A stretch of DNA of 64,000 bases from Escherichia phage mobillu. Under the pieces are notes generated by a model. That model saw nothing but the letters and a program-made list of their open reading frames with translations. It did not search any database and had not been told where the DNA came from. How positions within the stretch are numbered: the stretch's first letter is position 1; each line of letters starts with the position of its first letter. This document shows positions 17,520-26,472 of the stretch, in pieces. The stretch lies in sequence record MN850622.1; one strand, given 5' to 3'. A program made the translations under genes and the position numbers.

Positions 17520-17695
17520 ACAAGATAGTTAAATGGTTTAAAAGCTGGGACGATGGTGTCGGTCCGGAAGATTGGCTGGATGTTCTTGAAGAGAATATGG
17601 CTAAAGAATTCCAGAAACATGAAGAAAAGCTCGTCGAAGATGAAGGCGAACGTATTGTAAAACTTTATATGGGTGAACCATCGAGGAAATTATAA
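17516..17695 (+). CDS. hypothetical protein (59 aa)
   Basis: ATGA overlap with upstream stop. Confidence 0.4.
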   Translation: MNKIVKWFKSWDDGVGPEDWLDVLEENMAKEFQKHEEKLVEDEGERIVKLYMGEPSRKL

Positions 17696-18159
17696 TGGAT
17701 GCTATGCTATTTAAAATGTATTTGCTTGAAGCCAAGTCATTTAAACATATACCAGTGGAAGATAAGACTCCACTAGAAATAGCTATTCTCATTAACAAAA
17801 GTCTAAATAATCCGCAATATATCGTAGAAGAATTCTGCAAATTGCAGATTCCTAAAGGTTACAAAATTCGTGTAGAGCGAGTTGGAGCTATTACTCGTTC
17901 TAAAAATTCTCCGTTTAGTCTTGAAGAAGGCATAAAGGACTTAGGTTATGAATCTACGGAAAATGCCGTTTATGCGAATCCTGAAAAGCGTTTAGACTTG
18001 TTTGAAAAGCGAGACCACAAGTATTTTGCCAAAAAATACTTTATTACATCATTAGCAGATTTAATCCATTTGCAACGAGCTATTTGGAAATTTTTTAAGA
18101 CAAAAGGTGTAGCGCTAGAAACATTCTCCGAGCAGCCTAGTTTTTATTTAGGTGAATAA
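17695..18159 (+). CDS. hypothetical protein (154 aa)
   Basis: TAATG-coupled start; no motif. Confidence 0.55.
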   Translation: MDAMLFKMYLLEAKSFKHIPVEDKTPLEIAILINKSLNNPQYIVEEFCKLQIPKGYKIRVERVGAITRSKNSPFSLEEGIKDLGYESTENAVYANPEKRLDLFEKRDHKYFAKKYFITSLADLIHLQRAIWKFFKTKGVALETFSEQPSFYLGE

Positions 18160-18160
18160 T

Positions 18161-18340
18161 ATGGACCTTATGAGTATGTTTGACGAGCCTGAAGTTGAGG
18201 CTCCTAAAGTGCATCGTAGTGAACTTGTTGATGAACTAGATAGTATTATACAGCGTCATGGCTTTAGTTTACCATTAGATGTCCTGAAAGACCTCGCCTC
18301 TTATTATGATGACCCTCCACCATGGAGTCCATGGAAATGA
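18161..18340 (+). CDS. hypothetical acidic protein (59 aa)
   Basis: First ATG after upstream stop; acidic, ends PPPWSPWK. Confidence 0.4.
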   Translation: MDLMSMFDEPEVEAPKVHRSELVDELDSIIQRHGFSLPLDVLKDLASYYDDPPPWSPWK

Positions 18341-18501
18341 AAGAGAAATTGAAAGAGAAATTCTTACTAGAAATCAAGGAAAAAGACTTTGAGACATGGT
18401 ATCGAATGGTGAAAGGGTTGACATTGCTTTTTAAAGCATCCTTATTCATGTTAGAACAACCTGGCCCTGATGGACCTTTAGTAGGAAAGCTTAAAAAGTA
18501 G
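18337..18501 (+). CDS. hypothetical protein (54 aa)
   Basis: ATGA-coupled; not in ORF track (<60 aa). Confidence 0.3.
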   Translation: MKEKLKEKFLLEIKEKDFETWYRMVKGLTLLFKASLFMLEQPGPDGPLVGKLKK

Positions 18502-18529
18502 TTTACATTCCCTCCTCTCGTGTTATGAT
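18501..18529 (+). promoter_or_regulatory. T4-type early promoter
   Basis: GTTTAC 18501-18506, 17 bp spacer, TATGAT 18524-18529. Confidence 0.55.
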
Positions 18530-18556
18530 AGGCTTATCTTTAAATGGAGGTCTATC

Positions 18557-19138
18557 ATGACATGTCAATCTGAACTTCAAGAACGTGAATACCTAACAAA
18601 TCTGATTGATAGCAAATTCACCCACCAAGAACAAAACATTCTCTGGGCTTGCACCGATTCTAAGGAAGACCCGGATTTCCACTATGAATTAGACCATCTT
18701 GTTCGTAAGCATATGACTTCTACAGTACCAGTAGAACTCTACCGTGGTGTAACTCCAGAAGAAGTAGAACGTCTTTCACTTCTTTCTGTTGGTTGCCATT
18801 GGTCTCCTGGACGAGTAACATCGTTCACAACTGATTTCAGTACAGCTCGTCAATTCTCCGGGAGATGGGAATATCAGACGTACACTATTCTTAGTCTCAG
18901 GAATGCTCCATTCATTTTTGATTACTACCAAAACATGATTAACATTGTACTCGCCGGAAAGAACCCTAAGCATGTTATGGAAGAAACGCGTGTTGACGTC
19001 CTAGATATGATTGAATCTGAACAAGAGTACATGGTCTCAGGTATCTCTAGATTTGAGATTGTGGAAATTGAAGACTTAGAATATGACCCTTTATCTCGAT
19101 TATACAAAATCATTCATTTGAAAATGTTGAATTTTTAG
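18557..19138 (+). CDS. ModA/ModB-family ADP-ribosyltransferase
   Basis: R-S-E arrangement: LYRG, SFTTDFSTA, ESEQEYMVSG; about 200 aa, upstream of the srd/dda region as in T4. Confidence 0.7.
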   Translation: MTCQSELQEREYLTNLIDSKFTHQEQNILWACTDSKEDPDFHYELDHLVRKHMTSTVPVELYRGVTPEEVERLSLLSVGCHWSPGRVTSFTTDFSTARQFSGRWEYQTYTILSLRNAPFIFDYYQNMINIVLAGKNPKHVMEETRVDVLDMIESEQEYMVSGISRFEIVEIEDLEYDPLSRLYKIIHLKMLNF

Positions 19139-19168
19139 TGTACAAACTCTTCCAATGATGATACTATT
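19138..19168 (+). promoter_or_regulatory. T4-type early promoter
   Basis: GTGTAC 19138-19143, 19 bp spacer, TACTAT 19163-19168. Confidence 0.45.
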
Positions 19169-19196
19169 ACCTTTATCAACCACAGGAGAAACCTAA

Positions 19197-19805
19197 ATGT
19201 TTATGCCGTATAACGAGTGTGAAATTGAAGAAATTGTTCGTCGTGCTCAAAACCCCGAATATCAAGATGTATTGCAGTACGAAATTGATAGTCAATTCAG
19301 CGACATTGAACAAAGTGTACTGTGGCAGTGTATGGAAAACAAGCCAGACTGTATTCAACAGGAGTTAAGTTCAATCGTTCGTAGAAATTGGACGTCTTCT
19401 GTTCCTGAGACAATGTATCGTGGAATCTCTAAGAAAACTATGGCCGCACTCGATGATAAAGGCATTGGTAGTATTATTAAATTTGACAGAGTAATGAGCT
19501 TCAGCCCAGTGTTCGGTGTAGCACGTAACTTTGCTTCGTATAATTTTTACGGAACATTTAATATGTTCTGCATCAAAGATGCACCATTTGCTTTCAACTT
19601 CCGTGAACATATGCTTAACATGATTCTGGCTGCGCCATCTTGTGAGTTCAATGGAGCTTTCCCTGAAGCGACAAGACGGTCTAATGCTAGACTTATATCC
19701 GACGAATGTGAATTTATGCTCCCTATAGGGACTACACTGCGTGTAGATTCTATTATTCAAGATGGACGTTATACAATCTGGAATCTGTCTATTGTCAGTT
19801 ACTGA
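19197..19805 (+). CDS. ModA/ModB-family ADP-ribosyltransferase (paralog of 18557..19138)
   Basis: MYRG, SFSPVFGVA, SDECEFMLPIG motifs. Confidence 0.7.
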   Translation: MFMPYNECEIEEIVRRAQNPEYQDVLQYEIDSQFSDIEQSVLWQCMENKPDCIQQELSSIVRRNWTSSVPETMYRGISKKTMAALDDKGIGSIIKFDRVMSFSPVFGVARNFASYNFYGTFNMFCIKDAPFAFNFREHMLNMILAAPSCEFNGAFPEATRRSNARLISDECEFMLPIGTTLRVDSIIQDGRYTIWNLSIVSY

Positions 19806-19879
19806 CTGAATTGGAATAACCGGATGGAACTCAGAACCATTATAACACATAAAAAATTAAAGCATTTTACGAAAAAAGA

Positions 19880-19908
19880 GTGTACACTACCTGAGGGCAT
19901 GATATTAT
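19880..19908 (+). promoter_or_regulatory. T4-type early promoter
   Basis: GTGTAC 19880-19885, 17 bp spacer, TATTAT 19903-19908. Confidence 0.45.
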
Positions 19909-19957
19909 AAGCTTATCAGCTAAATGACTTAACGTCCGTAAGACAGAGGAAAATATT

Positions 19958-20704
19958 ATGTTATCAAATAATAAAATTAACAAAATCAATCGTCGTCTTG
20001 ACCACACCAGAGCTTCTGCGAAGAGACGCTCTAAGGATTTTAACTTAGACTTTAATTACCTTAAAAACATTCTTGATCAAAAGGTCTGCGCTTACTCAGG
20101 TGAATCTTTCAATAACTCTGTTGAAGGTGAGAAATTATCCTTAGAACGTTTTAATAACGATATCGGCTACATTAAAGGTAATGTTATCCCGGTTAAGAAA
20201 AAATATAACACGGCTCGTTCTGATTTAACATTAGAAGAACTTATTGAGAAACGTGACGCTGTTGCAAGACGTATCGCTAATCCTTCTGCCCGTAAAGTAG
20301 AGAAACTTAATCTCGACGAGAAGAAATGGGCCCAAATTAAAAAGGTTTATGATACTATTTTAAAAATCCGAGCAAAACGTGAAAATCGTGTTAAGCATAT
20401 GGCGAACATGATGAAAAATCAACCTTTATCTAACGAATCTAAACTTAGAATTGTTGCTTTGAAAGCACGCATTAATGGCTCACATCAAGCAGAAGGCCAT
20501 GAACTTACTAAACTCAACGTTCTTCTTAAAGGCTCTGACTGGAAAACTAAAACTAAATTAACTGACGCTGAATCGCTTTTCGATACATATGATAAAGTTA
20601 TCCAAGGTCTGCAACGCTTTGAAAAGATTGGTTTCATTGGTAAATTAAAATTGAAACGTGGCTTACCACTTAGCGCATCATTATTCCAACTGATTAAAGG
20701 TTAA
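19958..20704 (+). CDS. hypothetical protein (248 aa), positional equivalent of T4 srd
   Basis: Location between the mod genes and dda; highly basic; no confident motif. Confidence 0.55.
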   Translation: MLSNNKINKINRRLDHTRASAKRRSKDFNLDFNYLKNILDQKVCAYSGESFNNSVEGEKLSLERFNNDIGYIKGNVIPVKKKYNTARSDLTLEELIEKRDAVARRIANPSARKVEKLNLDEKKWAQIKKVYDTILKIRAKRENRVKHMANMMKNQPLSNESKLRIVALKARINGSHQAEGHELTKLNVLLKGSDWKTKTKLTDAESLFDTYDKVIQGLQRFEKIGFIGKLKLKRGLPLSASLFQLIKG

Positions 20705-20706
20705 TT

Positions 20707-21018
20707 ATGGTTTATGTATATGCAATAGTTTATCGAGATATGGAAGGATTTACCGTCCCGGTTCCACTTGATGAGCATCGTCCTGCAGTATTTTTTAGAA
20801 AGGATATTGCAGATAAAGTTTTCGATACTTTGAAAACACAGTATAAAACAGATTTAAAAATGGGAGTTCTAAGAATGGTCGAAACTCCGCGTAAGTTCTG
20901 GTTTAATAAGCTTGAAATGAAACACGTTAAACTAGATGCGGAGACGCAAAGATTGTATCAACGAATCCTGGACACAGGCCGTATTGTTAGTATTCCAATT
21001 GCAGGGACTTTACGATGA
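20707..21018 (+). CDS. hypothetical protein (103 aa), dda.1 position
   Basis: Overlaps dda start by 4 nt (ATGA). Confidence 0.55.
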   Translation: MVYVYAIVYRDMEGFTVPVPLDEHRPAVFFRKDIADKVFDTLKTQYKTDLKMGVLRMVETPRKFWFNKLEMKHVKLDAETQRLYQRILDTGRIVSIPIAGTLR

Positions 21019-22328
21019 CATTTGATGATTTGACTGAAGGCCAGAAAAACGCCTTCAACGTTGTTATGGAAGCTATTAAAGAAAAGAAACATCACGTAAC
21101 TATTAATGGGCCTGCTGGTACAGGTAAAACAACCCTTACTAGATTTATTGTTGAAGCTCTTATTTCTTCAGGAGAATCAGGTATTATTTTAGCAGCCCCT
21201 ACACATGCTGCTAAAAAGGTTCTAAGCAAACTTGCGGGTCAAGAAGCATCGACTATTCATAGCATTCTTAAAATCAACCCAACTACATACGAAGAAAACG
21301 TATTGTTTGAACAGAAAAAGGTTCCCGACTTAGCCTTGTGCCGTGTACTGTTATTTGATGAAGCGTCAATGTGTGACCGTTCTCTGTTTAAAATAATGTT
21401 AGCTAGTATCCCTAAATGGTGTACAGTAATTGGAATTGGTGACCGATGCCAGATTCGTCCAGTAGACCCAGGTGAATCAACTGCGTATCTAAGTCCTTTC
21501 TTCACTCACAAAGACTTTGTGCAATGCAACCTTACAGAAGTTAAACGTAGCAATGCACCAATTATTGATGTTGCGACTGATATTCGTAATGGCAAATGGA
21601 TTTACGATAAAGTAGTTGATGGACACGGTGTTCATGGATATACAGACCTTAAATCGTATATGATGAACTATTTTAACGTTGTTAAAACTCCTGAAGACCT
21701 TTTCGAAAATCGAATGATGGCATTCACAAATAAGTCGGTGGACAAGTTAAATTCAATTATTCGCCGAAAACTTCTTGAAACAGAAAAACCATTTATTAAA
21801 GACGAAGTCATTGTTCTACAAGAGCCATTTACTAAGACATATAAGCTAGATGGTAAAAATATGACCGAAATGCTTTTCAATAACGGGCAATTCGTTCGTA
21901 TTCGAGATGCTGTAGAAACGTCTACATTCGTTAAAGCACGTGGTGTTTCAGGCGAATATATGATACGATACTGGAATCTTACAGTAGAAACATATGGGGA
22001 TGATGAAGAATACATCCGCGAAGATATAAAGGTTATTTCTTCTGAAGAAGAGCTTTATAAATTCAATTTGTTTTTGGCTAAGACCGCAGAAACATACAAA
22101 TTTTGGAATAAAGGTGGTAAAGCCCCATGGAGCGAATTCTGGGATGCTAAACGCATGTTCACTAAGGTGAAGGCACTACCTGTATCAACCTTCCATAAGG
22201 CCCAGGGTATATCTGTTGACACGGCCTTTGTTTATACACCGTGTATCCATTATGCCGATTCAGAATTAGCCAAACAATTACTATATGTCGGCACGACTCG
22301 TGGTCGTTTTGACGTCCATTTTATTTGA
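21015..22328 (+). CDS. dda: Dda SF1B DNA helicase
   Basis: Near-identical to remembered T4 Dda (MTFDDLTEGQKNAF..., Walker A GPAGTGKTT). Confidence 0.97.
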   Translation: MTFDDLTEGQKNAFNVVMEAIKEKKHHVTINGPAGTGKTTLTRFIVEALISSGESGIILAAPTHAAKKVLSKLAGQEASTIHSILKINPTTYEENVLFEQKKVPDLALCRVLLFDEASMCDRSLFKIMLASIPKWCTVIGIGDRCQIRPVDPGESTAYLSPFFTHKDFVQCNLTEVKRSNAPIIDVATDIRNGKWIYDKVVDGHGVHGYTDLKSYMMNYFNVVKTPEDLFENRMMAFTNKSVDKLNSIIRRKLLETEKPFIKDEVIVLQEPFTKTYKLDGKNMTEMLFNNGQFVRIRDAVETSTFVKARGVSGEYMIRYWNLTVETYGDDEEYIREDIKVISSEEELYKFNLFLAKTAETYKFWNKGGKAPWSEFWDAKRMFTKVKALPVSTFHKAQGISVDTAFVYTPCIHYADSELAKQLLYVGTTRGRFDVHFI

Positions 22329-22337
22329 GAGAAAATT

Positions 22338-23015
22338 ATGAGCACTGATGTTATTATAGATTTTGAAACATTCGGCAATACATCAAAAGCGGCTGTTATT
22401 GACCTTGCGGTTATTGCATATAATTCCGACCCTGAAGTTGTTGAATCATTTGAAGAACTTGTTCAACGAGGTAAGCGAATTAAATTTAATTTAGCTTCTC
22501 AGAAAGGGAAGCGAGTTTTCGCTAAATCCACTATGAAATGGTGGAAAGAGCAATCGGCTGAAGCACGTAAAAACTTGGCCCCGTCTGAAGACGATGTCAC
22601 TACGCTTGAAGGCATTAAAATCTTTTTAGATTATTGTCGAGCTAATAAAGTTGACCAATGGAAATCACAGATGTGGTGCCGTGGTATGAGCTTTGACTTC
22701 CCGATCTTGGTCGATTTGATTCGTGACCTCTATCGTGATGAAGGTGTTCTTGAACCAGATATTGATACTGATAAATTAGAACCGGTTAAATTCTGGGCTC
22801 AACGTGATATTCGTACGGCAATCGAAGCTTACTCGTTGACACGAGGATTAAGTATGTGTCCATTACCGATGGGTACGCTAAAAGGATTCGTTGCCCATGA
22901 TAGTATTCATGATTGTGCTAAAGATATTTTGATGTTAAAATATGCTCAGCGTTATGCGCTTGGCCTTGAAGATGTCCCTGAGAATCCTGACCCATTAAGT
23001 GTAAAACAGCGATAA
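22338..23015 (+). CDS. dexA: DexA exonuclease A
   Basis: DEDD-type N-terminus IIDFETFG; size and position as T4 dexA. Confidence 0.85.
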   Translation: MSTDVIIDFETFGNTSKAAVIDLAVIAYNSDPEVVESFEELVQRGKRIKFNLASQKGKRVFAKSTMKWWKEQSAEARKNLAPSEDDVTTLEGIKIFLDYCRANKVDQWKSQMWCRGMSFDFPILVDLIRDLYRDEGVLEPDIDTDKLEPVKFWAQRDIRTAIEAYSLTRGLSMCPLPMGTLKGFVAHDSIHDCAKDILMLKYAQRYALGLEDVPENPDPLSVKQR

Positions 23016-23020
23016 AACCG

Positions 23021-23050
23021 GTTTACAACCAAGGATGGTTGGAGTATAAT
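23021..23050 (+). promoter_or_regulatory. T4-type early promoter
   Basis: GTTTAC 23021-23026, 18 bp spacer, TATAAT 23045-23050. Confidence 0.6.
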
Positions 23051-23081
23051 CTTTCTATCTTAACCAAACAGGAAAAACATT

Positions 23082-23576
23082 ATGAATATCAATACTACGG
23101 CTACTTACATCCTGAAAGACGAAAAACAAATCAACTGGTACGGTGCTTCAGTGCGAGCTTATGAAAAGTTTTGTGAAATTTTAGGTGCCACTCAAGGTAA
23201 TAGTTTCACTATTGTTAACTTCATCAAACAAGCTGAAGGCCCTTGGTTATTCTTAGAAATTAAAAATTCATACGGTACAATTTCTACTGCCGCCCTTCCA
23301 AGCACCGACTTTGAACTGTTGATTGAAGAAGTAGAACCTGTTAAAGACATCTGTATTGATATGGATATCGCTTGTATGTACGGTACTCTGATTAAGCCTA
23401 TTGAGCCTACTGATTTGTTGTGTAAATATGTTTCAATTCGACGACCGTTCGCTGGTCCAGTAAATGGCTGGGTGTCTGACCAGTGGATTGAAGAAGGTGT
23501 TGAACTTCTGAACGTTGTTCATGCAGGTGATTTTAGTGTAGTTCCACGTAGTGCTGTGGTTAATATCCTTAATTAA
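23082..23576 (+). CDS. hypothetical protein, member 1 of tandem paralog family
   Basis: C-terminal GWVSDQWIEEGVELLNVVHAGDFSVVP shared with the next two genes. Confidence 0.6.
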   Translation: MNINTTATYILKDEKQINWYGASVRAYEKFCEILGATQGNSFTIVNFIKQAEGPWLFLEIKNSYGTISTAALPSTDFELLIEEVEPVKDICIDMDIACMYGTLIKPIEPTDLLCKYVSIRRPFAGPVNGWVSDQWIEEGVELLNVVHAGDFSVVPRSAVVNILN

Positions 23577-23578
23577 TG

Positions 23579-23608
23579 TTGTACATCCAAGGATGGATGG
23601 AGTATAGT
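23579..23608 (+). promoter_or_regulatory. T4-type early promoter (duplicate of 23021..23050 cassette)
   Basis: TTGTAC, 18 bp spacer, TATAGT; spacer ccaaggatggatggag nearly identical to upstream promoter spacer ccaaggatggttggag. Confidence 0.5.
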
Positions 23609-23638
23609 GAATTCAATTTAAACAAAGAGAGAGAAATT

Positions 23639-24094
23639 ATGATTGCTATTGGTGAAATTAAGCGTGTATCGTCTGCATCTCGTTCTAAAGCTGCAGGTCG
23701 TCTAGTTGAAGTGGTAGGACTTCGTACTAATGGTACTGGTCGTGTTAAAGAAGTTAAAGTTCGAATCATTCCTAGTTCTGGAAAAACTGAAACTCAGTAC
23801 GCTTACGTAAGTCCTAAATTTTTGGAAACTCATGTGAGCGCTCATTTTGCTTCTACTGAACCTAATGCACAGTTCAAATGGGCCCTTTGCAAAGGTGTTG
23901 AATTCCAGACTGATAAAGAATTTGACTTCATCGATGAATATGGTTATCCAAGCAAAACTGATACTATGTGTGGCTTCATTAGTGACCAATGGGTTGAAGA
24001 TGGTGAAAAGTTATACAATATCGTATTCTTAGGTGACTTCCGAGTTGTTAAAGAATCTGAAATCACTCGCTATGTGTCTCCTCGTAAAGCTTAA
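23639..24094 (+). CDS. hypothetical protein, member 2 of tandem paralog family
   Basis: Start after RBS agagagagaaatt; SRSKAAGRLVEVVG and GFISDQWVEDGEKLYNIVFLGDFRVV shared with paralogs. Confidence 0.6.
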   Translation: MIAIGEIKRVSSASRSKAAGRLVEVVGLRTNGTGRVKEVKVRIIPSSGKTETQYAYVSPKFLETHVSAHFASTEPNAQFKWALCKGVEFQTDKEFDFIDEYGYPSKTDTMCGFISDQWVEDGEKLYNIVFLGDFRVVKESEITRYVSPRKA

Positions 24095-24103
24095 GGAATT
24101 ATT

Positions 24104-24523
24104 ATGAATATTGTAAATCTCTCTACAGGTGATTACGTATATGTATCCGTTGCTTCTCGCTCTAAAGTTGCCGGGAAGTTGGTTGAAGTTCTTTCTGTGA
24201 GTGATCCGGTTTTTGGACGTAACGAAGTTAAAGTTCGTGACGCTGATGGTAACATTGGTTATGTCTCAAGCCAATTCATTGAACCAGAAGAAAAAGCGTT
24301 CAAATGGGGACTATGCAGATCAGTTTCTGTTGAAAAAGACCATGAATTCACTATTGCTGCGGCAACTGATGGAACACCGTGGAAAACTAAGCAAATCGCC
24401 GGATTTATTAGCGACCGTTGGGTAGAAGATGGTGTTAAGCTTTATAACATCGTTTTCGCTGGACAGTTCATGGTAGTTCCTGAATTCCAAATTAAAAAAT
24501 ATAGCCCAGCTGCTTTTGCATAA
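24104..24523 (+). CDS. hypothetical protein, member 3 of tandem paralog family
   Basis: SRSKVAGKLVEVLS, FKWGLC and GFISDRWVEDGVKLYNIVFAGQFMVVP shared with paralogs. Confidence 0.6.
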   Translation: MNIVNLSTGDYVYVSVASRSKVAGKLVEVLSVSDPVFGRNEVKVRDADGNIGYVSSQFIEPEEKAFKWGLCRSVSVEKDHEFTIAAATDGTPWKTKQIAGFISDRWVEDGVKLYNIVFAGQFMVVPEFQIKKYSPAAFA

Positions 24524-24527
24524 AGTT

Positions 24528-24556
24528 GTTTACTTCTCCTCTGGTTTTGATATTAT
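24528..24556 (+). promoter_or_regulatory. T4-type early promoter
   Basis: GTTTAC 24528-24533, 17 bp spacer, TATTAT 24551-24556. Confidence 0.55.
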
Positions 24557-24582
24557 AACCATATCAACCAGAGGAGAATAAT

Positions 24583-25107
24583 ATGTTAGTTTACCGCGTA
24601 GAACGTAGTTTTTGTACTCAACGTGAATCATTACCAGGAATTGCTATCGAAGACGGTAAAGCCGTCAGAATTTGGGAAACCTCTTGGAATAAAGAACCTC
24701 GCTCGCCGTACGGTTGGTCGGGCACCGACAACTCTGAAGAAACATGGGAGTTCCTTGATAAACACGGAATACTCTCAGGTAACTTCTACCATCACGGCGA
24801 CAACTATAATGTCCCTAATCGTCCTACAGTAAATGAAGACAAACTCCTTGAACAAAATATCTTAAGATACCATAGAATTGAGTACACATTTGAATTGAGT
24901 GAAGATTGGGCTCAAGGGTTCTATTTTGGATTTGAAAGTGTTGACGCGGTTTATGCATGGTTTGATGACCAGGTGGATGTTGAACTCTTGAAAGCTAAAG
25001 GATACTACATCGCGGTCTATGAAGCACCTGATTTCATCCTCGGAAGTTGTCAATTAATGTTCAGACGTTCATTGGCAGAACAAGTTGATTTTATTTTGCT
25101 AAAATGA
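24583..25107 (+). CDS. hypothetical protein (174 aa)
   Basis: RBS accagaggagaataat; no motif. Confidence 0.55.
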   Translation: MLVYRVERSFCTQRESLPGIAIEDGKAVRIWETSWNKEPRSPYGWSGTDNSEETWEFLDKHGILSGNFYHHGDNYNVPNRPTVNEDKLLEQNILRYHRIEYTFELSEDWAQGFYFGFESVDAVYAWFDDQVDVELLKAKGYYIAVYEAPDFILGSCQLMFRRSLAEQVDFILLK

Positions 25108-25136
25108 TGTACAACAACTATGGTCTATGATACTAT
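25107..25136 (+). promoter_or_regulatory. T4-type early promoter
   Basis: ATGTAC 25107-25112, 18 bp spacer, TACTAT 25131-25136. Confidence 0.45.
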
Positions 25137-25164
25137 AGACCTATCAAAACAAGAGGAGAATATT

Positions 25165-25392
25165 ATGAAACGTCAAATCATTAAAAACGTAACTACTGAT
25201 TCAAACATCGATGAGTTTGAAGATGTTCTGTTTAATCCTGATTTAGTTGTTGTACAGAAAAACTGGACTGAATTTTTATGCTACACTGAAGTGGTTTACG
25301 TTTACGAAAAACTCGGCGATGAAATGCCTATCTATGGTATCTTCCGTGAAATCACTGAAAATGGTACAACTTATTGGAAGGAAACTTACTAA
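25165..25392 (+). CDS. hypothetical protein (75 aa)
   Basis: Start after RBS caagaggagaatatt; track ORF start 25120 lies in the promoter. Confidence 0.5.
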   Translation: MKRQIIKNVTTDSNIDEFEDVLFNPDLVVVQKNWTEFLCYTEVVYVYEKLGDEMPIYGIFREITENGTTYWKETY

Positions 25393-25805
25393 TGGCTAAT
25401 AAATTCCGCGTTAACTCATGGTACCAATTTAAAGATAAACGTGCCCAAGAAGAGTTTATTAAAGACCACACTGATAATGGGATTTATGCACGACGTCTTG
25501 GCATGGAACCATTTAAAGTATTAGATGTTGACCATCTTGGTCGTCCTACTAAAATTGTGACATCTACTGGCACGGTTGGATACGCAACAGGCGGTGATAT
25601 CCTTGATGAAAACTTTATCTGGCTCTCCACGAATGAAGCAGAATTCTTTGACGAAGTTGGAAATCCATATCAAGCGTCCGAAGAGCAAGATTCTGGTGAA
25701 CTTGATGAATTGTCTGAATTTCCGGTGATGACGATTACTATCGAAAATAACGACCAGGCATGGTCTTTGTATCAAATGTTGAAAGCTCACTTTAAGGAAC
25801 AATAA
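25392..25805 (+). CDS. hypothetical acidic protein (137 aa)
   Basis: TAATG coupling to upstream gene. Confidence 0.5.
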   Translation: MANKFRVNSWYQFKDKRAQEEFIKDHTDNGIYARRLGMEPFKVLDVDHLGRPTKIVTSTGTVGYATGGDILDENFIWLSTNEAEFFDEVGNPYQASEEQDSGELDELSEFPVMTITIENNDQAWSLYQMLKAHFKEQ

Positions 25806-25984
25806 TGCCGTTATACGACTATAAATGTCAATCTGAAGATTGTGGTCATGAATATGAAAAAATTAAAAGAATTTCTGAACGAGAAAACGATGTTTGCCTT
25901 GAATGTCATCGTCTGTCTACTCGTCGGGTTTCTGCTCCTAAACATGTGAACGGTGGTTTTTACGACTTACTTAAGAAGGGTTAA
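25805..25984 (+). CDS. FmdB-like zinc-ribbon protein (59 aa)
   Basis: [18 protein letters not shown]...CLECHR: two CxxC pairs and MP-YDY-C N-terminus typical of FmdB-family zinc ribbons; TAATG coupled; absent from ORF track (<60 aa). Confidence 0.5.
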   Translation: MPLYDYKCQSEDCGHEYEKIKRISERENDVCLECHRLSTRRVSAPKHVNGGFYDLLKKG

Positions 25985-25986
25985 TT

Positions 25987-26409
25987 ATGGCTTTTAAAGG
26001 TTTTGAAGTTGGTAAGAAATATCGTATTATCAAAGGACAGGAAGATAATTTCTTGAGAATTCTTAATACGACTGGTAAACGTCTTAACACTACTCTGCAT
26101 ACAGTTTTATTATCAAGAGATTTTATTGTAGAAGAGATGATTGGTTATGGTGTTTCAATGATTGCCGCTGAAACCGATGGACCTGGACGTACAATCATTA
26201 GTATGCAAGGTGATATTCTAATTTACGGTGCAGAATTTAAATTCTTTGAAGAAGTTCCTGAATCAGATACAGCCGTAGATTTCAAAAAAGGCTCTATAGA
26301 ATTTGTTGATGGTTCGGTGATCGTATCAGGTGATGTGGTCATTACAGTTAAAAGTGAACAAGGGCGTTTGGCTGCAATTGATGCACTTCAGAAAATTAAA
26401 TTTAAATAA
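25987..26409 (+). CDS. hypothetical protein (140 aa)
   Basis: ORF directly upstream of gene 39, followed by terminator hairpin. Confidence 0.55.
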   Translation: MAFKGFEVGKKYRIIKGQEDNFLRILNTTGKRLNTTLHTVLLSRDFIVEEMIGYGVSMIAAETDGPGRTIISMQGDILIYGAEFKFFEEVPESDTAVDFKKGSIEFVDGSVIVSGDVVITVKSEQGRLAAIDALQKIKFK

Positions 26410-26427
26410 GGGCTTCGGCCCTTTTTG
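26409..26427 (+). terminator. intrinsic terminator (UUCG tetraloop hairpin + U5)
   Basis: AGGGC-TTCG-GCCCT followed by TTTTT. Confidence 0.65.
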
Positions 26428-26450
26428 CTTTAGATTTCGGATGATAGAAT
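26426..26450 (+). promoter_or_regulatory. middle promoter candidate for gene 39
   Basis: Perfect MotA-box-like tttTGCTTTAg at 26423-26433, 12 bp spacer, TAGAAT 26445-26450. Confidence 0.5.
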
Positions 26451-26472
26451 ACCTTCATAACGAGGAGACAAC

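Noticed and set aside
19371-19850. 159-aa minus-strand ORF overlapping the second ModA/ModB-like gene
   Set aside because: Antisense to a CDS with clear ART motifs; low-complexity translation; no start signals.
19958-20704. Possible HNH endonuclease signature (CAYSGESF ... N ... ER) in the 248-aa protein
   Set aside because: Resemblance is limited to a short segment without the paired His/Asn metal-binding pattern; position matches T4 srd, so left as hypothetical.
23576-23638. Track start at 23576 for the second paralog
   Set aside because: That start lies inside the promoter -35/-10 elements; the ATG at 23639 follows a purine-rich RBS and aligns with the paralogs.
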